Assembly (NCBI GenBank): GCA_007376265.1
Contig: VMFW01000003.1
Location: 1,315 to 65,314, forward strand
Length of the DNA stretch: 64,000 bases
DNA from: Parcubacteria group bacterium Gr01-1014_20
Lineage (GTDB): Bacteria > Patescibacteriota > Minisyncoccia > UBA6257 > 2-01-FULL-56-20
Reading direction: 5' to 3'
The position numbers were made by a program, and so were the translations under genes. Of this stretch, positions 1 to 8,892 are shown one piece after another (within the stretch, counting starts at the first letter, position 1; each line of letters begins with the position of its first letter). The notes below the pieces were generated by a model. That model was not told the origin of the DNA, searched no databases, and saw only the letters and a program-made list of their open reading frames with translations.

Positions 1-666
1 TTTCATGAGGATTGTGGTTGGGACATCAGATGGGACGTCGGTTAAACTTCCACCAGCGATAGCCTTCAAGAGGATGGCGGTTGCTGATTCTCGCGATCGC
101 AGCGCTTCTTCCCAGGTTTTGGGACCTTCATCCGAAGACGAAGCCCATTCACGAATGCGCTCGATGGCGATATCCTGAAGAATATCGCTTACTCCGTTTA
201 CCCCACCAGCATTGATGAAGTTTACCAACGGTATTACTCCGTTTACTGGAGTTGGGTCTGCGTCTGGGGTCCAGGTTAGAGCAACCGGGATTTTCACGCG
301 ACCGCGATCGGGAGTGAGGGCTTCGACTTCAGCCAGATCCTGATTCACTTTAGTGATAGGGATCAGGATGTAGTTATAGAGCCAAGGCCGAAACAGATAA
401 ATCCTCCAGCCTTCCTTGTTGATTTCTTCGATTCGCTTGCCCAAGAAGGTGGTTTGAGCAACGTGTGGTGGGTTGGCGGGAATAACTTGAATAGCGTGCA
501 AGATGATTCCTGCGTAGACGATGAGTAGCACCCACGTAGCTCCCGACAGCCCCAAGCCGATCATTCCGGCAATTACCAGAACGACAAGCCCTATTACGCC
601 GAGAATCATGCTCGTTATGAGCATTCTCCCGGATTTCGCGATCAATGTCGCTATGAATCTCATCAT
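1..666 (-). CDS. Membrane protein with possible SPFH/band-7-like domain (runs off the window start)
   Basis: Read manually, not in ORF track: MMRFIATLIAKSGRMLITSMILGVIGLVVLVIAG...IPANPPHVAQTTFLGKR...EGWRIYLFRPW; two TM segments, GAAGGGAG SD upstream. Confidence 0.55.
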   Translation of the reverse strand, partial: MMRFIATLIAKSGRMLITSMILGVIGLVVLVIAGMIGLGLSGATWVLLIVYAGIILHAIQVIPANPPHVAQTTFLGKRIEEINKEGWRIYLFRPWLYNYILIPITKVNQDLAEVEALTPDRGRVKIPVALTWTPDADPTPVNGVIPLVNFINAGGVNGVSDILQDIAIERIREWASSSDEGPKTWEEALRSRESATAILLKAIAGGSLTDVPSDVPTTILMK

Positions 667-841
667 GACTTCTCCCTTCGTATGACGGTTATTTTTCAGT
701 TGTTAAAGATCGGTTTTGTCAGGGGATAGAAGCCTCCTGATCTTTTGTAATTTTAGCATAAAAGCTTATATTTGTCAAATAGAGGGGTTTAGGGTATAAT
801 AGGCCAGAAACCCTTGATTTATAAGGGTTAAAATAGGCAAG

Positions 842-924
842 GCCGAGGTGGTGAAATGGCAGACACGCCAGCTTTAGGAGCTGGTGCTCGCAAGGGCGTG
901 CGGGTTCAAATCCCGCCCTCGGCA
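842..924 (+). tRNA. tRNA-Leu(TAG)
   Basis: GCCGAGG acceptor stem, anticodon arm CCAGC-TTTAGGA-GCTGG, long variable arm, GGTTCAAATCC T-arm. Confidence 0.96.
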
Positions 925-953
925 CAAACAGAAAAATCGCGAGTAGTTTTAAA

Positions 954-991
954 AAACTATCCCATCCTACGATCGTAGGATGGGATAGTTT
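954..991. repeat. Perfect 38-bp palindrome, copy 1
   Basis: AAACTATCCCATCCTACGA|TCGTAGGATGGGATAGTTT. Confidence 0.95.
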
Positions 992-1060
992 GACGATTGC
1001 TTTGGTTGTTCTAACTGATCTAGATGTCTTTTGCTGGTTTTTCTGTGTGAGTTTGGGTGT

Positions 1061-1654
1061 TTACGTTAGATGTTTTAAACTTCCAGTTTTGCTGATCTGG
1101 AATATCTCGACATAATTTTCGAGTTTAAGTTTAAAAATATCACTCGCTAACTCTTTCGGGATTTTTATTTTTCCTATCCAAACACTTTTTTGAATCATTT
1201 CGAGTCCCAAGTTTTTGAGAACTTCTCGAAGCCAATCCCTGGATCTTCTTTCTTTTTCCGGTATATCAAAAACCACAATGGTGAAAAAAGGTTGACTTTC
1301 TTTTTTGTAGTGCGCACTAGGGATCTTTCTGTTTTTTGAAAGAATATCCCTTAGGTTTGCAAGTTTTGCTTTCCCTTTCGGTGTGATTGCAATAACTTTT
1401 TTTCCATCCTTTTTAGCCTCAAGGATTAGTCCATCTTTTTTGAGTTTGTACAAAATATTATGATAATTTTGAGTCCTTTGTCTTTTCGTTTCTTCTATGG
1501 ATCTTTTGCGTTCATTCTGCCTTAATCGATAACCCATTTCACTATAGGAAGCTCCATAGCCAGAACTCAATATAGCGTTAAAGATATCGAAAGAGGTTTC
1601 GGCAGTTTTAAATATAAACTCGAGAATTTTGACTGTTATTTCTCCTTTTTTCAT
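1061..1654 (-). CDS. PaaX-like winged-helix plus Cas2-like domain protein
   Basis: wHTH-like LYKLKKDGLI...ITPKGK followed by IVVFDIPEKERRSRDWLREVLKNLGLEMIQKSVWI (Cas2/PaaX central-domain pattern). Confidence 0.8.
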   Translation of the reverse strand: MKKGEITVKILEFIFKTAETSFDIFNAILSSGYGASYSEMGYRLRQNERKRSIEETKRQRTQNYHNILYKLKKDGLILEAKKDGKKVIAITPKGKAKLANLRDILSKNRKIPSAHYKKESQPFFTIVVFDIPEKERRSRDWLREVLKNLGLEMIQKSVWIGKIKIPKELASDIFKLKLENYVEIFQISKTGSLKHLT

Positions 1655-1660
1655 TACTAA

Positions 1661-1694
1661 TATCCTATCATACGATCGTAGGATAGGATAGTTT
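1661..1694. repeat. Near-perfect palindrome, copy 2, 6 bp upstream of the PaaX-like start codon
   Basis: TATCCTATCATACGA|TCGTAGGATAGGATA-GTTT; one mismatch; shares TACGATCGTAGGATRGGATAGTTT with copy 1. Confidence 0.92.
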
Positions 1695-1705
1695 AATGAC
1701 GAGTG

Positions 1706-2596
1706 TTATTTTCTTCTTCTAGCGTGGAATGTTTCGTGGATTTCTTTGAGTTCACGGTTCGTGATGTGGGTATAGACTTGAGTGGTCGCGATGTTGGCGT
1801 GGCCGAGCATTTCTTGAACGGAACGAAGATCGGCGCCGTTCATAAGCAAATCGGTCGCAAACTGGTGGCGGAGTTGGTGAGGGGAGACGTGACCTAGGAT
1901 GCCAGCCTTTTTGGCGTAGTAGGTGACTAAGCGTTGAACGGCGCGAGGGATGATGCGGCCCAAGATTTTGGGATGATTGCTTTTGGTGAGGCTCACAAAA
2001 AGCGCGGGGTCGGGATCGCCGCGTTTATCGAGGTATTTTTTAATAGCGTCTTTCGCGGACTTGGAAAAGAAGACGACGCGAATTTTTTCGCCCTTGCCAC
2101 GCACTGAGATTTCGCCTCGCTCGAGGTCTAGATAGCGGTCGAGCGCGCAGAGTTCGGAGAGGCGAAGGCCGGTTGAAAAGAAAGTTTCTAAAATAGCTTT
2201 GTCGCGGAGGCCGCGGAGGTTTTTTGGGTCCGGACAGTCGAGCATCCGTTCCAAGTCTTTATACTCTAGAATCTCGATTTGCCGCCTTGAGACTTTGGGA
2301 AGCTCGATTTTGTCGGGCGAGAGGACCTTGTGATCTTTTTTAATGAGGTATTTAAGGAAATTACGGACGGCGATTACGTAGTAGCTCTGGGTGATTTTTT
2401 TGATGTCACGCCTCGCAAGATAGAGGCGGAATTCAGTAACCAGGCGGTCGGTGATTTCTTCGGGAGATTTGATTTTGGAAAAGTTCAAAAACTCCTTCAG
2501 GTAGCGCTCGTAATTCTCGCGGGTTTTGCGTGAGCGGTTCTTTTCGATTTCGAGGTAGTTTAGATAATCCTGAAGGAGGGTTTCGACTCTAGTCAT
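1706..2596 (-). CDS. XerC/XerD-family tyrosine recombinase
   Basis: SAM-like N-terminus, TGLRLSEL, GKGEK, HQLRH, LGH...TTQVY catalytic residues. Confidence 0.93.
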   Translation of the reverse strand: MTRVETLLQDYLNYLEIEKNRSRKTRENYERYLKEFLNFSKIKSPEEITDRLVTEFRLYLARRDIKKITQSYYVIAVRNFLKYLIKKDHKVLSPDKIELPKVSRRQIEILEYKDLERMLDCPDPKNLRGLRDKAILETFFSTGLRLSELCALDRYLDLERGEISVRGKGEKIRVVFFSKSAKDAIKKYLDKRGDPDPALFVSLTKSNHPKILGRIIPRAVQRLVTYYAKKAGILGHVSPHQLRHQFATDLLMNGADLRSVQEMLGHANIATTQVYTHITNRELKEIHETFHARRRK

Positions 2597-2693
2597 AGTT
2601 CAATTATACACTTTCCTTTTGCGACACTTGATGTATTTATGTTTAGCTGATATAATCTCACTAGAAAAATTAACTTTAACCCGAGGAGGTGCG

Positions 2694-3014
2694 ATGTACG
2701 GGCATAGGAGATCGTCTGATGCTGGAGCCTGGTTCTATCTATTCCTTATGTTTGCCGTGATTGTATTTGTCGTGGTTGGTTTTTTTGGGGGCCTTTTCGT
2801 TGACGAAGCAGTCGCGATCCGGGCCCTCAAGACTAGCGGCTTTTCCAGTATCACAATTCTTGATCGGGACTGGTGCGCGGTTGCTCTGCGTGGCTGTAGT
2901 ACTGGGGATGCCGCGAAGTTTACCGCAAGGGCAGTAAATCCAGTCGGAGACACAGTTGAGGTTTGTGTTTGCGCTGGTTGGCTCTTGAAGGGAGCGACAA
3001 TTAGAACCCAGTAG
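2694..3014 (+). CDS. Small membrane-anchored hypothetical protein, phage-like
   Basis: GGAGG SD before ATG 2694; N-terminal TM; GCSTGD...FTA...NPVG...VC.GWLLKGATIR. Confidence 0.65.
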   Translation: MYGHRRSSDAGAWFYLFLMFAVIVFVVVGFFGGLFVDEAVAIRALKTSGFSSITILDRDWCAVALRGCSTGDAAKFTARAVNPVGDTVEVCVCAGWLLKGATIRTQ

Positions 3015-3111
3015 GTCGTTTGAGATCAGTGTGGTACCGTGCTGATCTCTTAATTCATAACGGTACCTTTTTATTTGCTTTTTTGGGGGGTTTAGGTTAC
3101 AATGGCAATTC

Positions 3112-3378
3112 ATGTTAACTAAGCGAGTGAAAGCTAGGGTGGTGGGCGAACACCAAGGGCACGATAAGGACACTGGTTCCGCGTCGGTGCAGGTGGGGGT
3201 TTTGAGCCGACAGATTGACGAGCTAGCGTTACATTTAAAGAAGAATCCGAAAGACAACCATTCGAGGCGAGGTCTTTTAAAGATGGTTTCTAAGAGGAGA
3301 AAGTTTTTGGATTATTTAAAGAAAAAAGAGCCAGAAACTTACGCGAAGGTGGTTAAGAAGCTGGGACTTAAAAAATAA
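3112..3378 (+). CDS. rpsO: 30S ribosomal protein S15
   Basis: DTGSASVQV, HLKKNPKDNHSRRGLLKMVSKRR. Confidence 0.97.
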   Translation: MLTKRVKARVVGEHQGHDKDTGSASVQVGVLSRQIDELALHLKKNPKDNHSRRGLLKMVSKRRKFLDYLKKKEPETYAKVVKKLGLKK

Positions 3379-3454
3379 ATTTGCTACGGAATCCGAATTT
3401 TGTACCCATTCTACGCTCCCTCATGAGCTTGGAAGGGTAAAACCTTCGTATTCT

Positions 3455-3991
3455 GTGGCTACACAATTAATGAAACAGGGAGTAACTTACGCGAATCAGA
3501 GAGTTGGGATTTTTGTAGACGTTCAGAACCTATATCATTCCTCAAAAAACCTTTATCACGGCCGGGTGAATTATCCGGAGATGATGAAGTATTTAGTGGG
3601 CGGCAGACAGCTTATTCGAGCGATGGCTTACGTCGTCAAAAGCGAAACCGCGCAAGGCGAGGCGGCTTTTTTTGACGCGCTTGAGAAATCTGGTTTGGAG
3701 CTTCGCTCAAAGGACTTGCAGATTTACGCGGACGGTCTTAAGAAAGCGGATTGGGACGTGGGGATGGCGGTAGACGCGATTCGGATGTCGTCCTTTTTGG
3801 ATGTGGTGATTTTGGTGACCGGAGATGGAGATTTCATGCCGCTTGTTGACTATATGAAGTGGGGGGTGGGCAGGTTGGTTGAGGTGGCGGCTTTTAAACG
3901 TAGCGCTTCGGCAAAAATTCAGGAGGCGGCGGATAAGTTTACAAACCTGGAGGACATTCCGAGGATAATACTTCGAAGTACTAATCGCTAA
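3455..3991 (+). CDS. NYN/LabA (DUF88) PIN-like nuclease domain protein
   Basis: IFVDVQNL, KADWDVGMAVD, LVTGDGDF. Confidence 0.92.
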   Translation: MATQLMKQGVTYANQRVGIFVDVQNLYHSSKNLYHGRVNYPEMMKYLVGGRQLIRAMAYVVKSETAQGEAAFFDALEKSGLELRSKDLQIYADGLKKADWDVGMAVDAIRMSSFLDVVILVTGDGDFMPLVDYMKWGVGRLVEVAAFKRSASAKIQEAADKFTNLEDIPRIILRSTNR

Positions 3992-4099
3992 TATATATAA
4001 ATAATAACGGAGATAAAACTTAGAGTAATCCCTCGTCGTCAAGATTCCTCGGGACGATTGATTTTCTAAATTCATTCTTCATTAAGAAAATATAATCGC

Positions 4100-6205
4100 A
4101 TGAAAAGAAAAGAATTTAAAACAGAAATAGGTGGGAAAACATTAACTTTGGAGGTGTCGGAGCTCGCGCCGCAAACGAACGCGGCGGTTTTGGCTAAATA
4201 CGGCGAGACAATCGCGCTTGTGACGGTGGTGATGTCTAAGAATGAATCAAGCGTGGATTACCTGCCGCTCAAGGTTGATTATGAAGAGAAGTTTTACGCG
4301 GCGGGAAAGATTATCGGTTCCAGGTTCATCCGTCGGGAGAGCAGGCCGTCGGAGGACGCGATTCTTTCGGGGCGGTTAGTGGATCGAACTTTAAGGCCTC
4401 TTTTTGATAATAGAATTAGACGAGAGATTCAAGTGGTGGTGACAATTTTATCTTACGATGAGGAAAATGATCCGGATTTTGTGGGCTTGATCGGAGCTTC
4501 GACGGCGCTCGCCATATCGGACGTGCCGTGGGACGGCCCGGTGGGCGGTGTCCGAGTGGCTAAGATTGGAGACAAGTTGGTAGTTAGTCCAGACAATTCT
4601 CTGATGCGAGGAGATGATTTTGTTTTTGAAACTTTTGTTTCTGGAGTTTCGGACAGAATCAACATGGTGGAGCTTGGAGGCAAGGAGGTAAGCGAAGCGG
4701 AAGTGGTGGAGGCGTTTAACTTGGCTCAGAAGGAGATCAACAAATTGGTTGATTTTCAAAAGTCAGTGATATCCGAGATTGGAAAGAAGAAAACGGAGCT
4801 TTTATTAGCCGAGATTGATCCGCAGGTTCGGGCCGAGGCGTCTAAGTTTTTATCCGATAAGCTCGAAGGAGCAGTTTATGTTAAAGACAAAGCTACCTAC
4901 TACGAAGGCTTGGCTAAATTAGGGAAGGAGCTTGTGGCCCACTTGGTTGAAATTTTTCCTGATCACGATAAATCAAGATTATCAAAGGATGCTCATTTTT
5001 TGTTTGATGAGGCGGTTGACCAACTCGTTCACAAAAATATTTTGGAGAAAGATAAGCGGCCGGACGGCCGAGCGTTGGATGAGGTTCGGGAGCTTCAGGG
5101 TGAGGTGGGGCTTTTCAAACGAACGCATGGCTCGGCGCTTTTTATGCGAGGAAATACGCATGCGCTAGCGGTTACGACCCTGGGTGCGCCTGGCGCGGAG
5201 CAGATCATTGAGACGATGGAGACGAATATGAAACGAAGATTTTTACTGCATTACAACTTTCCGCCGTATTCGGTGGGCGAGGTGGGGTCATTTAGGGGGC
5301 CGGGTCGCCGAGAAATTGGTCACGGAGCTTTGGCAGAGAAAGCCTTGAAGCATCTTATTCCATCTAAAGAAGCGTTTCCATATACGATTCGGGTGGTTTC
5401 AGAGATTATGTCTTCGAATGGTTCTTCTTCGATGGCCACGGTTTGTGCCAGCACACTTTCAATGATGGATGCCGGTGTGCCGATAAAAAGCCTAGCGGCC
5501 GGAACAGCGATGGGACTCATGTCGGACGAAAAAGGGAATTTTAAGGTTCTAACTGACATCCAAGGACCAGAGGATCACCATGGGGATATGGATTTTAAAG
5601 CGGCGGGGACAACGAATGGAGTGACTGCGATTCAAATGGACGTTAAGGTTTCAGGTGTGCCAATCGAAGTGCTGGTCAAAACTTTGGCCCAAGCGAAAGA
5701 AGCCCGACTACATATTTTGAAGTTTATGGGCGGCGTGATTGAAAAGCCGAGAGAGAAGGTTTCGGCATTTGCGCCGGCAATTTCGCATTTCATGATTAAT
5801 CCAGAAAAGATTGGAGTGGTGATTGGACCCGGCGGGAAGATGATTAACGGCTTGATTAAAAAGTACGAGCTTTCTGGAATTGATATTGACGAAGATGGGA
5901 CGGTGTTTGTTTCGGGGACGGATCACGCCAAGATGGAGCAGGCGGTCGCGGACATCAAAGCTTTAACCAGAGAGTTTGCTATCGGGGAAATTGTTGAGGG
6001 TAAGATTCTCAAGCTTTTGGATTTTGGCGCCATTCTTGACTTAGGTGGCGGAAAGGACGGGATGATTCATATTTCCGAATTTAAAAATGGTTTTGTAAAA
6101 GACATCAATGAGGTGGTTAAGCTGGGAGATTTTGTGCGGGCTAAAATTGTTAAGGTTGAAGACGGAAGGATTGGGCTTTCGGTCAAACAACTTCCGGGTT
6201 CGTAA
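4100..6205 (+). CDS. pnp: Polyribonucleotide nucleotidyltransferase
   Basis: Two RNase PH domains, RREIGHG, SNGSSSMA, GDMDFK, KH and S1 domains. Confidence 0.98.
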   Translation: MKRKEFKTEIGGKTLTLEVSELAPQTNAAVLAKYGETIALVTVVMSKNESSVDYLPLKVDYEEKFYAAGKIIGSRFIRRESRPSEDAILSGRLVDRTLRPLFDNRIRREIQVVVTILSYDEENDPDFVGLIGASTALAISDVPWDGPVGGVRVAKIGDKLVVSPDNSLMRGDDFVFETFVSGVSDRINMVELGGKEVSEAEVVEAFNLAQKEINKLVDFQKSVISEIGKKKTELLLAEIDPQVRAEASKFLSDKLEGAVYVKDKATYYEGLAKLGKELVAHLVEIFPDHDKSRLSKDAHFLFDEAVDQLVHKNILEKDKRPDGRALDEVRELQGEVGLFKRTHGSALFMRGNTHALAVTTLGAPGAEQIIETMETNMKRRFLLHYNFPPYSVGEVGSFRGPGRREIGHGALAEKALKHLIPSKEAFPYTIRVVSEIMSSNGSSSMATVCASTLSMMDAGVPIKSLAAGTAMGLMSDEKGNFKVLTDIQGPEDHHGDMDFKAAGTTNGVTAIQMDVKVSGVPIEVLVKTLAQAKEARLHILKFMGGVIEKPREKVSAFAPAISHFMINPEKIGVVIGPGGKMINGLIKKYELSGIDIDEDGTVFVSGTDHAKMEQAVADIKALTREFAIGEIVEGKILKLLDFGAILDLGGGKDGMIHISEFKNGFVKDINEVVKLGDFVRAKIVKVEDGRIGLSVKQLPGS

Positions 6206-6230
6206 GTCATGAATCATGGAACACGAATCT

Positions 6231-6261
6231 TTCCTCCGGAAGAGGATCCGCCTTCGGCGGA
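6231..6261 (+). repeat. Double-hairpin REP-like element, copy 1
   Basis: TTCCTCCGGAAGAGGATCCGCCTTCGGCGGA, embedded in ATCATG-type heptamers. Confidence 0.85.
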
Positions 6262-6300
6262 GAATCATGAAACATAAATCTGGGATTGGTAGTACTAAGG

Positions 6301-6326
6301 AGGAGTTCTAGTGGAGCTCCTTTTTT
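6301..6326 (+). terminator. Intrinsic terminator after pnp
   Basis: AGGAGTTC-loop-GAGCTCCT followed by T run. Confidence 0.7.
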
Positions 6327-6362
6327 GTTCTGGATTCAATCGTAGCCTGCTATAATTCAATC

Positions 6363-7340
6363 ATGGCCGATTATTTTGATCAGCAAGATCGTGGGGGTGT
6401 GAATTACGTGCCGCCGCCACCTAACGACGTGAGTATTCGGACGATGGAGTCCGATATTCGCTCGATGGCGCTTTCGGGCGGAAGTTTTGTGAGACCAGAT
6501 CAAGTTCCGATGTCTCAAAAGAACCAAGAGAAAACCCAAATTCCCTCTCCTTCGTCTGATTACACTCAGGGTCCAAGCGGTAAAAAATCAAAGGGTTTTT
6601 TGCCTTTAGTGGTTTTAGTTCTGATTATGCTTTTGGGAGCGCTTGGATATTTCTTATACCCTTTGTTTACCAAAAACTCCGGAACTCCACCCGCGAGTGA
6701 CGAGGAGGTTGGTTCAACCCCAAGTTTGCCAGAGGTATCGGGGGGCGCCATTTCTCCAAAATTTAATCACGAGTCTTTTTTTAGGAAGAGCGGGGACAGC
6801 GTGATTGATATGAACATAAAGTTTGCGGCCACCGAGATTACGGATTTGGAGAACTATGACCAAAAGGTGAATCGATTATTAACTCAAGTCCAGGAGGCCG
6901 AGGCTTTAGTTGAGTTTATCGCGAGGCGCGAGGGTGGCCAGCATCTCGCGCTTTCGGAGTTTTTTGAATACAGCAGCAACCAGGTTCTTACTTCTGAATT
7001 TATGGAACAGAACTTTAATCGGGACTTTACTTTTTTTACCTATAAAAACAAAGACGGTTTTTGGCCTGGACTGGTTATTCAACTTAATAAAGGAAAAAAC
7101 TGGGTGGTGGTTAAGCCAGAAGTTTCAAAGATGGAGAGGTCGGAGGATTTGAACGACTTTTTTATAACTTCTCCGGGGGATAGGGTGGGGGACTTTAAGG
7201 ATGTTTTGATTAGTGGTCAGGCGGCCAGGATTTTAAAATACTCGAAACCATCGGCAAATTTGGCTTATGGGTGGTTTCACGATTATCTAGTGATTAGCAC
7301 TTCGGACGAAGGATTGAGGATGGCCATTGAGAGGCTATAA
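6363..7340 (+). CDS. Hypothetical single-pass membrane protein
   Basis: 325-aa ORF with one TM helix; TATAAT 6 nt before ATG. Confidence 0.8.
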   Translation: MADYFDQQDRGGVNYVPPPPNDVSIRTMESDIRSMALSGGSFVRPDQVPMSQKNQEKTQIPSPSSDYTQGPSGKKSKGFLPLVVLVLIMLLGALGYFLYPLFTKNSGTPPASDEEVGSTPSLPEVSGGAISPKFNHESFFRKSGDSVIDMNIKFAATEITDLENYDQKVNRLLTQVQEAEALVEFIARREGGQHLALSEFFEYSSNQVLTSEFMEQNFNRDFTFFTYKNKDGFWPGLVIQLNKGKNWVVVKPEVSKMERSEDLNDFFITSPGDRVGDFKDVLISGQAARILKYSKPSANLAYGWFHDYLVISTSDEGLRMAIERL

Positions 7341-7442
7341 ATCCTGAATCCTGAATCATGAATCGTTAGACAGAAGGCATACGGGACACAAACGAAACAG
7401 AGTCGAAGTAGATTTAATTGGCTGACTAGCGGGAGGGTTGAT

Positions 7443-8465
7443 TTACTCTGGTGAGCTGTCAGTTTTTGGGTTTTTAAGAATTTTTTTCTTGATTTCACCC
7501 AGAAGTTTTTTGTCTTCTTTTAATTTCTCGCGGATGTTGTCGAAGCCAGTACCCAGGCGCTCACCTTCGAAGCTGTAGCTAGCGCCGGACTTAGTGACCA
7601 CGCCGGCTTTGAGGCCCGCGTTTAGGACATCGGCTTCGTAGGAGATGCCTTCTCCGTACATGATGTCGAACTCGGCTTGCTTGAAGGGAGCGGCCACTTT
7701 GTTTTTTACAACTTTAGCCTTAACTCGGGAGCCCACAATCTCCTCTCCCTTTTTAACTTGAGCGACGCGGCGAACGTCGATGCGGACCGAGGCGTAGAAT
7801 TTTAAAGCCCGGCCGCCGGGAGTAGTTTCGGGGTTGCCGAACATGATGCCGATTTTCATGCGGAGCTGGTTGATAAAAATTATAAGGGTGTTGGACTTAG
7901 CCGAGATGGCGGTAAGTTTTCGAAGAGCTTGAGACATCATACGGGCTTGAAGACCGATGAATTGAGCACCCATCTCACCTTCGATTTCGGCGCGAGGGGT
8001 TAGGGCGGCGACGGAGTCAACTACGATGACCGAGATCATGTTTGATCTGACTAAGGATTCAAGGATGTTGAGCGCTTCCTCGCCGTTGTCGGGCTGGGAG
8101 ATTAAAAGGTCGTTGATTTTAACGCCGAGTTTTTTGGCGTATTCGGGATCGAGGGCGTGTTCGGCATCGATGTAGGCGGTCTTGCCTCCTTGTTTTTGAG
8201 CTTGCGCAACGACATTTAGGGCGAGAGTGGTTTTGCCACTTGACTCTGGTCCAAAGATTTCTACAATCCGGCCCCGCGGGAGGCCGCCGACACCTAGGGC
8301 TAGGTCGAGAGAGAAGGAGCCGGTGGGGATTGAGGCGATATCAACTTTATGAGTTTCGCCGAGCGTCATGATGGCGCCTTCGCCAAACTTGCTGCGTAGA
8401 TTTGCAAGGAGGTCTTGAAGCTCGCTCTTCTCCGGTTTTTCTTCTTTGGTTCTTTTAGGGGTCAT
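7443..8465 (-). CDS. recA: Recombinase RecA
   Basis: [27 protein letters not shown]. Confidence 0.99.
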   Translation of the reverse strand: MTPKRTKEEKPEKSELQDLLANLRSKFGEGAIMTLGETHKVDIASIPTGSFSLDLALGVGGLPRGRIVEIFGPESSGKTTLALNVVAQAQKQGGKTAYIDAEHALDPEYAKKLGVKINDLLISQPDNGEEALNILESLVRSNMISVIVVDSVAALTPRAEIEGEMGAQFIGLQARMMSQALRKLTAISAKSNTLIIFINQLRMKIGIMFGNPETTPGGRALKFYASVRIDVRRVAQVKKGEEIVGSRVKAKVVKNKVAAPFKQAEFDIMYGEGISYEADVLNAGLKAGVVTKSGASYSFEGERLGTGFDNIREKLKEDKKLLGEIKKKILKNPKTDSSPE

Positions 8466-8833
8466 GGTGGTATTATTTTAGAGAAACTAGAAGTTTTTAA
8501 CAAGTTAATAGATGGACTCACAGCCACTAACGAAATTTGAAGGGAGGGGGGGTGAGAGAATGAAAGAGTTTGGAGATCCTCGAAAGCTCCCTAGGGGCGG
8601 AGATGCCGATGGAACCTGCCTGAGGGTTGGCGCTGGTGCGGATGGCACGTAGTCAACCACTGTGATGGGTAACTCTGATTTTATCGGGTTGCCTCAACCT
8701 CAAACCAGGAGAGTTTTTATGTGTTATCCCAACGGGTTTTCGTTCTTCAGCTAACACCGATGCCGGAAAAGTTAGCGTTGTGGGGTCGGCGCCCGCAGAA
8801 GGACACCCGCCGAAGACGCGGGAAGATTTACCT

Positions 8834-8866
8834 AGAGCCGTTACGTAGGACGTAACGGCTCTTTTT
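8834..8866 (+). terminator. Strong intrinsic terminator
   Basis: 13-bp perfect stem AGAGCCGTTACGT-AGG-ACGTAACGGCTCT then TTTT. Confidence 0.8.
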
Positions 8867-8892
8867 ATTATCGATTTCAAAGAAGGCCGAAA

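Noticed and set aside
719-925. ORFs antisense to or overlapping tRNAs (also 34240-34556, 42053-42301, 42393-42578)
   Set aside because: Shadow translations of tRNA and repeat sequence.
1044-1071. dif-like site (TTACGTTAGAT resembles a XerD arm) near the Xer gene
   Set aside because: No recognisable XerC arm at the correct spacing, and it overlaps the stop codon of the PaaX-like gene.
954-1694. CRISPR array suggested by the Cas2-like gene and repeats
   Set aside because: Only two repeats about 700 bp apart, no spacer-sized intervals, no cas1 or effector genes.
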